From Eledone cirrhosa (lineage: Eukaryota), in NCBI GenBank assembly GCA_964016885.1, contig OZ024753.1:22816001-22880000 (forward strand): DNA of 64,000 bases, read 5' to 3'. The notes beneath the pieces are model-generated. The model worked only from the letters and a program-made list of their open reading frames with translations, was not told where the DNA came from and ran no database searches. Positions 36,758-49,100 of this stretch are shown here, piece after piece. Each line of letters opens with the position of its first letter. Within the stretch, counting starts at the first letter, position 1. Position numbers and translations under genes: made by a program.

Positions 36758-39700
36758 GGTTGACTGTCGTGTTGGTGGTGGAGGTGGTGTTGGTGTTGAC
36801 TATCGTGTTGGTGGTGGTGGTGGAGGTGGTGTTGGTGTTGACTGTCGTGTTGGTGGTGGAGGTGGTGTTGGTGTCGACTGTCGTGTTGGTGGTGGAGGTG
36901 GTGTTGGTGTTGACTGTCGTGTTGGTGGTGGAGGTGGTGTTGGTGTTGACTGTCGTGTTGGTGGTGGTGGAGGTGGTGTTGGTGTCGACTGTCGTGTTGG
37001 TGGTGGAGGTGGTGTTGCTGTTGACTCTCGTGTTGGTGGTGGAGGTGGTGTTGGTGTTGACTGTCGTGTTGGTGGTGGTGGAGGTGGTGTTGGTGTTGAC
37101 TGTCGTGTTGGTGGTGCAGGTGGTGTTGGTGTTGACTGTCGTGTTGGTGGTGGTGGAGGTGGTGTTGACTGTCGTGTTGGTGGTGGAGGTGGTGTTGGTG
37201 TCGACTGTCGTGTTGGTGGTGGTGGAGGTGGTGTTGGTGTTGACTGTCGTGTTGGTATGGTGGTGGAGGTGGTGTTGGTGTTGACTGTCGTGTTGATGGT
37301 GGTGGAGGTGGTGTTGGTGTTGACTGTCGTGTTGGTGGTGGTGGAGGTGGTGTTGGTGTTGACTGTCGTGTTGATGGTGGTGGAGGTGGTGTTGGTGTTG
37401 ACTGTCGTGTTGGTGGTGGTGGTGGAGGTTGGTGTTGGTGTTGACTGTCGTGTTGGTATGGTGGTGGAGGTGGTGTTGGTGTTGACTGTCGTGTTGGTGG
37501 TGGTGGAGGTGGTGTTGGTGTTGACTGTCGTGTTGGTGGTGGTGGTGGTGGTGTTGGTGTTGACTGTCGTGTTGGTGGTGCTGGAGGTGGTGTTGGTGTT
37601 GACTGTCGTGTTGGTGGTGGAGGTGGTGTTGGTGTTGACTGTCGTGTTGGTGGTGGTGGTGGTGGTGTTGGTGTTGACTGTCGTGTTGGTGGTGCTGGAG
37701 GTGGTGTTGGTGTTGACTGTCGTGTTGGTGGTGGAGGTGGTGTTGGTGTTGACTGTCGTGTTGGTGGTGGTGGTGGTGGTGTTGGTGTTGACTGTCGTGT
37801 TGGTGGTGCTGGAGGTGGTGTTGGTGTTGACTGTCGTGTTGTTGGTGGTGGTGGTGGTGTTGGTGTTGACTGTCGTGTTGTTGGTGGTGGAGGTGGTGTT
37901 GGTGTTGACTGTCGTGTTGGTGGTGGTGGAGGTGGTGTTGGTGTTGACTGTCGTGTTGGTGGTGGTGGAGGTGGTGTTGGTGTTGAGTGTTGACTGTCGT
38001 GTTGTTGGTGGTGGAGGTGGTGTTGGTGTTGACTGTCGTGTTGTTGGTGGTGGTGGTGTTGGTGTTGACTGTCGTGTTGTTGGTGGTGGAGGTGGTGTTG
38101 GTGTTGACTGTCGTGTTGGTGGTGGTGGAGGTGGTGTTGGTGTTGAGTGTTGACTGTCGTGTTGTTGGTGGTGGAGGTGGTGTTGGTGTTGACTGTCGTG
38201 TTGTTGGTGGTGGAGGTGGTGTTGGTGTTGAGTGTCGTGTTGTCGGTGGTGGTGGTGGTGTTGGTGTTGACTGTCGTGTTGTTGGTGGTGGAGGTGGTGT
38301 TGGTGTTGACTGTCGTGTTGTTGGTGGTGGAGGTGGTGTTGGTGTTGAGTGTCGTGTTGTTGGTGGTGGAGGTGGTGTTGGTGTTGACTGTCGTGTTGTT
38401 GGTGGAAGTGGTGTTGGTGTTGACTGTCGTGTTGTTGGTGGAGGAGGTGGTGTTGGTGGAGGTGGTGTTGGTGTTGACTGTCGTGTTGATGGTGGTGGAG
38501 GTGATGTTGGTGTTGACAGTCGTGTTGATGGTGGTGGTGGAGGTTGGTGTTGACTGTCGTGTTGGTGGTGGTGGAGGTGATGTTGGTGTTGACTGTCGTG
38601 TTGATGGTGGTGGTGGAGGTTGGTGTTGACTGTCGTGTTGGTGGTGGTGGAGGTGGTGTTGGTGTTGACTGTCGTGTTGATGGTGGTGGTGGAGGTTGGT
38701 GTTGGTGTTGACTGTCGTGTTGGTGGTGGTGGTGGAGGTGGTGTTGGTGTTGAGTGTCGTGTTGGTGGTGGTGGAGGTGGTGTTGGTGTTGACTGTCGTG
38801 TTGATGGTGGTGGAGGTGATGTTGGTGTTGACTGTCGTGTTGGTGGTGGTGGTGGAGGTGGTGTTGGTGTTGACTGTCGTGTTGATGGTGGTGGAGGTGA
38901 TGTTGGTGTTGACTGTCGTGTTGGTGGGGGTGGTGGAGGTGGTGTTGGTGTTGAGTGTTGTGTTGGTGGTGGTGGAGGTGGTGTTGGTGTTGACTGTCGT
39001 GTTGATGGTGGTGGAGGTGATGTTGGTGTTGACTGTCGTGTTGGTGGTGGTGGTGGAGGTGGTGTTGGTGTTGAGTGTTGTGTTGGTGGTGGTGGAGGTG
39101 ATGTTGGTGTTGACTGTCGTGTTGATGGTGGTGGAGGTGATGTTGGTGTTGACTGTCGTGTTGGTGGTGGTGGTGGAGGTGGTGTTGGTGTTGACTGTCG
39201 TGTTGGTGGTGGTGGAGGTGGTGTTGGTGTTGACTGTCGTGTTGGCGGTGGTGGAGGTTGGTGTTGGTGTTGACTGTCGTGTTGATGGTGGAGGTGGAGG
39301 TGATGTTGGTGTTGACTGTCGTGTTGGTGGGGGTGGTGGTGGTTGGTGTTGACTGTCGTGTTGGTGGTGCTGGTGGTGGTGTTGGTGTTGACTGTCGTGT
39401 TGGTGGGGGTGGTGGTGGTTGGTGTTGACTGTCGTGTTGGTGGTGCTGGTGGTGGTGTTGGTGTTGACTGTTGTGTTGGTGGTGGTGGAGGTGGTGTTGG
39501 TGTTGACTGTCGTGTTGGTGGTGCTGGTGGTGGTGTTGGTGTTGACTGTCGTGTTGGTGGTGGTGGAGGTGGTGTTGGTGTTGAGTGTCGTGTTGGTGGT
39601 GGTGGAGGTGGTGTTGGTGTTGACTGTCGTGTTGATGGTGGTGGAGGTGGTGTTGGTGTTGATTGTCGTGTTGGTGGTGGTGGTGGAGGTGGTGTTGGTG

Positions 39701-42700
39701 TTGACTGTCGTGTTGGTGGTGGTGGAGGTGGTGTTGGTGTTGAGTGTCGTGTTGGTGGTGGTGGAGGTGGTGTTGGTGTTGAGTGTCGTGTTGGTGGTGC
39801 TGGTGGTGGTGTTGGTGTTGACTGTCGTGTTGGTGGTGGTGGAGGTGGTGTTGGTGTTGAGTGTCGTGTTGGTGGTGGTGGAGGTGGTGTTGGTGTTGAC
39901 TGTCGTGTTGATGGTGGTGGAGGTGGTGTTGGTGTTGACTGTCGTGTTGGTGGTGGTGGAGGTGGTGTTGGTGTTGAGTGTCGTGTTGGTGGTGCTGGTG
40001 GTGGTGTTGGTGTTGACTGTCGTGTTGATGGTGGTGGAGGTGGTGTTGGTGTTGACTGTCGTGTTGGTGGTGGTGGTGGAGGTGGTGTTGGTGTTGACTG
40101 TCGTGTTGGTGGTGGTGGAGGTGGTGTTGGTGTTGAGTGTCGTGTTGGTGGTGGTGGAGGTGGTGTTGGTGTTGACTGTCGTGTTGATGGTGGTGGAGGT
40201 GATGTTGGTGTTGACTGTCGTGTTGGTGGTGGTGGTGGAGGTGGTGTTGGTGTTGACTGTCGTGTTGATGGTGGTGGAGGTGATGTTGGTGTTGACTGTC
40301 GTGTTGCTGGGGGTGGTGGAGGTTGGTGTTGGTGTTGACTGTCGTGTTGGTGGTGCTGGTGGAGGTGGTGTTGGTGTTGACTGTCGTGTTGGTGGTGGTG
40401 GAGGTGGTGTTGGTGTTGACTGTCGTGTTGATGGTGGTGGAGGTGGTGTTGGTGTTGACTGTCGTGTTGGTGGTGGTGGTGGAGGTGGTGTTGGTGTTGA
40501 CTGTCGTGTTGGTGGGGGTGGTGGTGGTTGGTGTTGGTGTTGACTGTCGTGTTGGTGGTGGTGGTGGAGGTGGTGTTGGTGTTGACTGTCGTGTTGGTGG
40601 TGGTGGAGGTGGTGCGGGTGTTGACTGTCGTGTTGATGGTGGTGGAGGTGGTGTTGGTGTTGACTGTCGTGTTGGTGGTGGTGGTGGAGGTGGTGTTGGT
40701 GTTGACTGTCGTGTTGGTGGTGGTGGAGGTGGTGTTGGTGTTGAGTGTCGTGTTGGTGGTGGTGGAGGGGGTGTTGGTGTTGACTGTCGTGTTGATGGTG
40801 GTGGAGGTGATGTTGGCGTTGACTGTCGTGTTGGTGGTGGTGGTGGAGGTGGTGTTGGTGTTGACTATCGTGTTGATGGTGGTGGAGGTGATGTTGGTGT
40901 TGACTGTCGTGTTGGTGGGGGTGGTGGAGGTTGGTGTTGGTGTTGACTGTCGTGTTGATGGTGGTGGTGGAGGTGATGTTGGTGTTGACTGTCGTGTTGG
41001 TGGGGGTGGTGGTGGTTGGTGTTGGTGTTGACTGTCGTGTTGGTGGTGGTGGTGGAGGTGGTGTTGGTGTTGACTGTCGTGTTGGTGGTGGTGGAGGTGG
41101 TGTTGGTGTTGACTGTCGTGTTGGTGGTGGTGGTGGAGGTGGTGTTGGTGTTGACTGTCGTGTTGATGGTGGTGGAGGTGATGTTGGTGTTGACTGTCGT
41201 GTTGGTGGTGGTGGTGGAGGTGGTGTTAGTGTTGACTGTCGTGTTGTTGGTGGTGGAGGTGGTGTTGGTGTTGACTGTCGTGTTGGTGGTGGTGGAGGTG
41301 GTGTTGGTGTTGACTGTCGTGTTGGTGGTGGTGGAGGTGGTGTTGGTGTTGACAGTCGTGTTGGTGGTGGTGGAGGTGGTGTTGGTGTTGACTATCGTGT
41401 TGTTGGTGGTGGTGGAGGTTGGTGTTGTTGTTGACTGTCGTGTTGGTGGTGGTGGTGGAGGTGGTGTTGGTGTTGACTGTCGTGTTGGTGGTGGTGGTGG
41501 AGGTGGTGTTGGTGTTGACTGTCGTGTTGGTGGGGGTGGTGGAGGTTGGTGTTATTGTTGACTGTCGTGTTGGTGGTGGTGGTGGAGGTGGTGTTGGTGT
41601 TGACTGTCGTGTTGGTGGTGGTATTGGAGGTGGTGTTGGTGTTGACCGTCGTGTTGGTGGTGGAGGAGGTGGTGTTGGTGTTGACTGTCGTGTTGTTGGT
41701 GGTGGAGGTGGTGTTGGTGTTGACTGTCGTGTTGGTGGTGGTGGAGATGGTGTCGGTGTTAAATGTCGTGTTGGTGGTGGTGGAGGTGGTGTTGGTGTTG
41801 ACTGTCGTGTTGTTGGTGGTGGAGGTGGTGTTGGTGTTGACTGTCGTGTTGGTGGTGGTGGAGGTGGTGTTGGTGTTGACTGTCGTGTTGGTGGTGGTGG
41901 AGGTGGTGTTGGTGTTGGCTGTCGTGTTGGTGGTGGTGAAGGTGGTGTTGGTGTTGACTGTCGTGTTGTTGGTGGTGGAGGTGGTGTTGGTGTTGATTGT
42001 CGTGTTGTTGGTGGTGGAGGTGGTGTTGGTGTTGACTGTCGTGTTGGTGGTGCTGGTGGTGGTGGAGGTGGTGTTGGTGTTGACTGTCGTGTTGGTGGTG
42101 CTGGTGGTGGTGGAGGTGGTGTTGGTGTTGACTGTCGTGTTGGTGGTGGTGGAGGTGGTGTTGTTGTTGACTGTCGTGTTGTTGGTGGTGGAGGTGGTGT
42201 TGGTGTTGACTGTCGTGTTGTTGGTGGTGGAGGTGGTGTTGGTGTTGACTGTCGTGGAGGTGGTGGAGGTGGTGTTGGTGTTGACTGTCGTGTTGGTGGT
42301 GGTGGAGGTGGTGTTGGTGTTGACTGTCGCGTTGGTGGTGGTGGAGGTGGTGTTGGTATTGACTGTCGTGTTGGTGGTGGTGGAGGTGTTGTTGGTGTTG
42401 ACTGTCGTGTTGTTGGTGGTGGAGTTGGTGTTGGTGTTGACTGTCGTGTTGGTGGTGGTGGAGGTGGTGTTGGTGTTGACTGTCGTGTTGGTGGTGGTGG
42501 AGGTGGTGTTGGTGTTGACTGTCGTGTTGGTGGTGGTGGAGGTGGTGTTGGTGTTGACTGTCGTGTTGGTGGTGGTGGAGGTGGTGTTGGTGTTGACTGT
42601 TGTGTTGGTGGTGGTGTTGGAGGTGGTGTTGGTGTTGACTGTCGTGTTGGTGGTGGTGGAGGTGGTGTTGGTGTTGACTGTCGTGTTGGTGGTGGTGGAG

Positions 42701-43399
42701 GTGGTGTTGGTGTTGACTGTCGTGTTGGTGGTGGTGGAGGTGGTGTTGGTGTTGACTGTCTTGTTGGTGGTGGTGGAGGTGGTGTTGGTGTTGACTGTCG
42801 TGTTGGTGGTGGTGGAGGTGGTGTTGGTGTTGACTGTCGTGTTGGTGGTGGTGGAGTTGGTGTTGGTGTTGACTGTCGTGTTGTTGGTGGTGGTGGTGGT
42901 GTTGGTGTTGACTGTCGTGTTGTTGGTGGTGGAGGTGGTGTTGACTGTCGTGTTGTTGGTGTTGGAGGTGGTGTTGGTGTTGACTGTCGTGTTGGTGGTG
43001 GTGGAGGTGGTGTTGGTGTTGACAGTCGTGTTGGTGGTGGTGGAGGTGGTGTTGGTGTTGACTGTCGTGTTGTTGGTGGTGGTGGTGGTGTTGGTGTTGA
43101 CTGTCGTGTTGGTGGTGGTGGAGGTTGTGTTGGTGTTGACTGTCGTGTTGTTGGTGGTGGAGGTGGTGTTGACTGTCGTGTTGTTGGTGTTGGAGGTGGT
43201 GTTGGTGTTGACTGTCGTGTTGGTGGTGGTGGAGGTGGTGTTGGTGTTGACTGTCGTGTTGGTGGGGGTGGTGGAGGTTGGTGTTGGTGTTGACTGTCGT
43301 GTTGGTGGTGGTGGTGGAGGTGGTGTTGGTGTTGACTGTCGTGTTGGTGGTGGTGGAGGTGGTGTTGGTGTTGACTGTCGTGTTGGTGGTGGTGGAGGT

Positions 43400-44290
43400 G
43401 GTGTTGGTGTTGACTGTTGTGTTGGTGGTGGTGGAGGTGGTGTCGGTGTTGACTGTCGTGTTGGTGGTGGTGGAGGTGGTGTTGGTGTTGACTGTGGTGT
43501 TGTTGGTGGTGGAGGTGGTGTTGGGGTTGACTGTCGTGTTGTTGGTGGTGGAGGTGGTGGAGGTGGTGTTGACTGTCGTGTTGGTGGTGGAGGTGGTGTT
43601 GGTGTTGACTGTCGTGTTGGTGGTGGTGGAGGTGGTGTTGTTGTTGACTGTCGTGTTGTTGGTGGTGGAGGTGGTGTTGGTGTTGACAGTCGTGTTGGTG
43701 GTGGAGGTGGTGTTGGTGTTGACTGTCGTGTTGGTAGTGTGGAGGTGGTGTTGGTGTTGAGTGTCGTGTTGGTGGTGGTGGAGGTGGTGTTGGTGTTGAC
43801 TGTCGTATTGTTGGTGGTGGAGGTGATGTTGGTGTTGACTGTCGTGTCGGTAGTGGTGGAGATCGTGTTGGTGTTGACTGTCATGTTGTTGGTGGTGGTG
43901 CTGGTGTTGGTGTTGACTGTCGTGTTGGTGGTGGTTGAGGTGGTGTTGGTGTTGACTATCGTGTTGTTGGTGGTGGTGGTGGTGTTGGTGTTGACAGTCG
44001 TGTTGGTGGTGGTGGAGGTGGTGTTGGTGTTGACTGTCGTGTTGTTGGGGTGGAGGTGGTGTTGGTGTTGACTGTTGTGTTGGTGGTGGTGGAGGTGGTG
44101 TTGGTATTGACTGTCGTGTTGTTGGTGGTGGAGGTGGTGTTGGTGTTGACTGTCGTGTTGTTGGTGGTGGAGTTGGTGTTGGTGTTGACAGTCGTGTTGG
44201 TGGTGGTGGAGGTGGTGTTGGTGTTGACTGTCGTGTTGTTGGTGGTGGTGGTGGTGTTGGTGTTGACTGTCGTGTTGGTGGTGGTGGAGG
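43400..44290. repeat. ~0.9-kb block duplicated at ~51950-52800 (offset 8550-8551), with a partial third copy at ~48260-49170
   Basis: Shared rare variants in the same order: GTCGGT, ACTGTGGT (43491/52041), GTTGGGGTTGAC, GTTGTTGTTGAC, CGTATTG, GTCGGTAGT, ACTGTCATG, ACTATC, GTTGGGGTGGA. Confidence 0.9.
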
Positions 44291-44399
44291 TGGTGTTGGT
44301 GTTGTCTGTCGTGTTGTTGGTGGTGGAGGTGGTGTTGGTGTTGACTGTTGTGTTGGTGGTGGTGGAGGTGGTGTTGGTGTTGAATGTCGTGTTGGTGGT

Positions 44400-46130
44400 G
44401 GTGGAGGTGGTTTTGGTGTTGACTGTCGTGTTGGTGGTGGTGGAGGTGGTGTTGGTGTTGACTGTCGTGTTGGTGGTGGTGGAGGTGGTGTTGGTGTTGA
44501 CTGTCGTGTTGGTGGTGGTGGAAGTGGTGTTGGTGTTGACTGTCGTGTTGGTGGTGGTGGAGGTGGTGTTGGTGTTGACTGTCGTGTTGGTGGTGGTGGA
44601 AGTGGTGTTGGTGTTGACTGTCGTGTTGGTGGTGGTGGAGGTGGTGTTGGTGTTGACTGTCGTGTTGGTGGTGGTGGAGGTGGTGTTGGTGTTGACTGTC
44701 GTGTTGGTGGTGGTGGAGGTGGTGTTGGTGTTGACTGTCGTGTTGGTGGTGGTGGAGGTGGTGTTGGTGTTGACTGTCGTGTTGGTGGTGGTGGAAGTGG
44801 TGTTGGTGTTGACTGTCGTGTTGGTGGTGGTGGAGGTGGTGTTGGTGTTGACTGTCGTGTTGGTGGTGGTGGAGGTGGTGTTGGTGTTGACTGTCGTGTT
44901 GGTGGTGGTGGAGGTGGTGTTGGTGTTGACTGTCGTGTTGGTGGTGGTGGAGGTGGTGTTGGTGTTGACTGTCGTGTTGGTGGTGGAGGTGGTGTTGGTG
45001 TTGACTGTCCTGTTGGTGGTGGTGGAGGTGGTGTTGGTGTTGACTGTCGTGTTGGTGGTGGTGGAGGTGGTGTTGGTGTTGACTGTCGTGTTGGTGGTGG
45101 TGGAGGTGGTGTTGGTGTTGACTGTCGTGTTGGTGGTGGAGGTGGTGTTGGTGTTGACTGTCGTGTTGGTGGTGGTGGAGGTGGTGTTGGTGTTGACTGT
45201 CGTGTTGGTGGTGGTGGAGGTGGTGTTGGTGTTGACTGTCGTGTTGGTGGTGGTGGAGGTGGTGTTGGTGTTGACTGTTGTGTTGGTGGTGGTGGAGGTG
45301 GTGTTGGTGTTGAATGTCGTGTTGGTGGTGGTGGAGGTGGTGTTGGTGTTGACTGTCGTGTTGGTGGTGGTGGAGGTGGTGTTGGTGTTGACTGTTGTGT
45401 TGGTGGTGGTGGAGGTGGTGTTGGTGTTGAATGTCGTGTTGGTGGTGGTGGAGGTGGTGTTGGTGTTGACTGTCGTGTTGGTGGTGGTGGAGGTGGTGTT
45501 GGTGTTGAATGTCGTGTTGGTGGTGGTGGAGGTGGTGTTGGTGTTGACTGTCGTGTTGGTGGTGGTGGAGGTGGTGTTGGTGTTGACTGTTGTGTTGGTG
45601 GTGGTGGAGGTGGTGTTGGTGTTGAATGTCGTGTTGGTGGTGGTGGAGGTGGTGTTGGTGTTGACTGTCGTGTTGGTGGTGCTGGTGGTGGTGTTGGTGT
45701 TGACAGTTGTGTTGGTGGTGGGGGAGGTGGTGTTGGTGTTGACTGTTGTGTTGGTGGTGGTGGAGGTGGTGTTGGTGTTGAATGTCGTGTTGGTGGTGGT
45801 GGAGGTGGTGTTGGTGTTGACTGTCGTGTTGGTGGTGGTGGAGGTGGTGTTGGTGTTGAATGTCGTGTTGGTGGTGGTGGAGGTGGTGTTGGTGTTGACT
45901 GTCGTGTTGGTGGTGGTGGAGGTGGTGTTGGTGTTGAATGTCGTGTTGGTGGTGGTGGAGGTGGTGTTGGTGTTGACTGTCGTGTTGGTGGTGGTGGAGG
46001 TGGTGTTGGTGTTGACTGTTGTGTTGGTGGTGGTGGAGGTGGTGTTGGTGTTGAATGTCGTGTTGGTGGTGGTGGAGGTGGTGTTGGTGTTGACTGTCGT
46101 GTTGGTGGTGCTGGTGGTGGTGTTGGTGTT
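44400..46130. repeat. Highly homogenised zone of near-consensus 39-mers, followed by 2-4-monomer repeats marked by TTGAATG
   Basis: 44400-45260 is almost pure consensus. GAATG variants lie at ~45312, 45429, 45507, 45624, 45780, 45858, 45936 and 46053, all multiples of 39 apart. GCTGGT+ACAGTT recurs at +429. Confidence 0.85.
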
Positions 46131-49100
46131 GACAGTTGTGTTGGTGGTGGTGGAGGTGGTGTTGGTGTTGACTGTTGTGTTGGTGGTGGTGGAGGTGGTG
46201 TTGGTGTTGACTGTTGTGTTGGTGGTGGTGGAGGTGGTGGAGGTGTTGACTGTCGTGTTGGTGGTGCTGGTGGTGGTGTTGGTGTTGACAGTTATGTTGG
46301 TGGTGGAGGTGGTGTTGGTGTTGACTGTCGTGTTGGTGGCGGTGGAGGTGGTGTTGATGTTGACTGTCGTGTTGGTGGTGGAGTTGGTGTTGGTGTTGAC
46401 TGTCGTGTTGTTGGTGGTGGTGGAGGTGTTGGTGTTGACTGTCGTGTTGGTGGTGTTGGAGGTGGTGTTGGTGTTGACTGTCGTGTTGGTGGTGGTGGAG
46501 GTGGTGTTGGTGTCAACTGTCGTGGAGGTGGTGGAGGTGGTGTTGGTGTTGACTGTCGTGTTGTTGGTGGTGGAGGTGGTGTTGGTGTCGACTGTCGTGT
46601 TGGTGGTGGTGGAGGTGGTGTTGGTGTTGACTGTCGTGTTGGTGGTGGTGGAGGTGGTGTTGGTGTCAACTGTCGTGGAGGTGGTGGAGGTGGTGTTGGT
46701 GTTGACTGTCGTGTTGTTGGTGGTGGAGGTGGTGTTGGTGTCGACTGTCGTGTTGGTGGTGGTGGAGGTGGTGTTGGTGTTGACTGTCGTGTTGGTGGTG
46801 TTGGAGGTGGTGTTGGTGTTGACTGTCGTGTTGGTGGTGGTGGAGGTGGTGTTGGTGTCAACTGTCGTGTTGGTGGTGGAGGTGGTGTTGGTGTTGACTG
46901 TGGTGTTGTTGGTGGTGGAGGTGGTGTTGGTGTCAACTGTCGTGTTGGTGCTGGAGGTGGTGTTGGTGTTGACTGTCGTGTTGGTGGTGGTGGAGGTGGT
47001 GTTGGTGTCAACTGTCGTGTTGGTGCTGGAGGTGGTGTTGGTGTTGACTGTCGTGTTGGTGGTGGTGGTGGAGGTGGTGTTGGTGTTGACTGTCGTGTTG
47101 ATGGTGGTGGAGGTGGTGTTGGTGTTGACTGTCGTGTTGGTGGTGGTGGAGTTGGTGTTGGTGTTGACTGTCGTGTTGGTGGTGGTGGAGGTGGTGTTGG
47201 TGTTGACTGTTGTGTTGATGGTGGTGGAGGTGGTGTTGGTGTTGACAGTCGTGTTGGTGGTGGTGGTGGAGGTGGTGTTGGTGTTGACTGTCGTGTTGGT
47301 ATGGTGGTGGAGGTGTTTTTGGTGTTCACTGTCGTGTTGATGGTGGTGGAAGTGGTGTTGGTGTTGACTGTCGTGTTGGTGGTGGTGGAGTTGGTGTTGG
47401 TGTTGACTGTCGTGTTGGTGGTGGTGGAGGTGGTGTTGGTGTTGACTGTTGTGTTGGTGGTGGTGGAGGTGGTGTCGTAGTTGACTGTCGTGTTGGTGGT
47501 GGTGGAGGAGGTGTTGGTGTTGACTGTCGTGTTGTTGGTGGTGGTGGTGGTGTTGGTGTTGACTGTCGTGTTGATGGTGGTGGTGGTGGTGGTGTTGGTG
47601 TTGACTGTTGTGTTGGTGGTGGTGGAGGTGGTGTCGTAGTTAACTGTCGTGTTGTTGGTGGTGGAGGTGGTGTTGGTGTCGACTGCGTGTTGGTGGTGGT
47701 GGAGATGTTGGTGTTGACTGTCGTGTTGTTGGTGGTGGTGGTGTTGGTGTTGACTGTCGTGTTGTTGGTGGTGGTGGTGGTGTTGGTGTTGACTGTCGTG
47801 TTGGTGGTGGAGGAGGTGTTGGTGTTGACTGTCGTGTTGTTGGTGGTGGTGGTGTTGGTGTTGACTGTCGTGTTGTTGTTGGTGGTGGTGGTGTTGGTGT
47901 TGACTGTCGTGTTGTTGTTGGTGGAGGTGGTGTTGGTGTTGACTGTCGTGTTGGTGGTGGTGGAGGTGGTGTTGGTGTTGACTGTCGTGTTGATGGTGGT
48001 GGAGGTGATGTTGGTGTTGACTGTCGTGTTGGTGGTGGTGGTGGAGGTGGTGTTGGTGTTGACTGTCGTGTTGATGGTGGTGGAGGTGATGTTGGTGTTG
48101 ACTGTCGTGTTGGTGGGGGTGGTGGAGGTGGTGCTGGTGTTGACTGTCGTGTTGGTGGTGGTGGAGGTGGTGTTGGTGTTGACTGTCGTGTTGGTGGGGG
48201 TGGTGGAGGTTGGTGTTGGTGTTGACTGTCGTGTTGGTGGTGGTGGTGGAGGTGGTGTTGGTGTTGACTGTCGTGTTGTTGGTGGTGGAGGTGGTGTTGG
48301 GGTTGACTGTCGTGTTGTTGGTGGTGGCGGTGGTGGAGGTGGTGTTGACTGTCGTGTTGGTGGTGGAGGTGGTGTTGGTGTTGACTGTCGTGTTGGTGGT
48401 GGTGGAGGTGGTGTTGGTGTTGACTGTCGTGTTGTTGGTGGTGGAGGTGGTGTTGGTGTTGACAGTCGTTTGGTGGTGGATGTGGTGTTGGTGTTGACTG
48501 TCGTGTTGGTAGTGGTGGAGGTGGTGTTGGTGTTGACTGTCGTGTTGGTGGTGGTGGAGATGGTGTTGGTGTTGACTGTCGTGTTGGTGGTGGTGGAGGT
48601 GGTGTTGGTGTTGACTGTCGTGTTGTTGGTGGTGGTGGTGGTGTTGGTGTTGACAGTCGTGTTGGTGGTGGTGGAGGTGGTGTTGGTGTTGACTGTCGTG
48701 TTGTTGGGGTGGAGGTGGTGTTGGTGTTGACTGTCGTGTTGGTGGTGGTGGAGGTGGTGTTGGTATTGACTGTCGTGTTGTTGGTGGTGGAGGTGGTGTT
48801 GGTGTCAACTGTCGTGTTGGTGGTGGAGGTGGTGTTGGTGTTGACTGTCGTGTTGTTGGTGGTGGAGGTGATGTTGGTGTTGACTGTCGTGTCGGTAGTG
48901 GTGGAGATGGTGTTGGTGTTGACAGTCGTGTTGGTGGTGGTGGTGGTGGTGTTGGTGTTGACTGTCGTATTGTTGGTGGTGGAGGTGGTGTTGGTGTTGA
49001 CTGTCATGTTGTTGGTGGTGGTGCTGGTGTTGGTGTTGACAGTCGTGTTGGTGGTGGTGGAGGTGGTGTTGGTGTTGACTGTCGTGTTGTTGGTGGTGGT

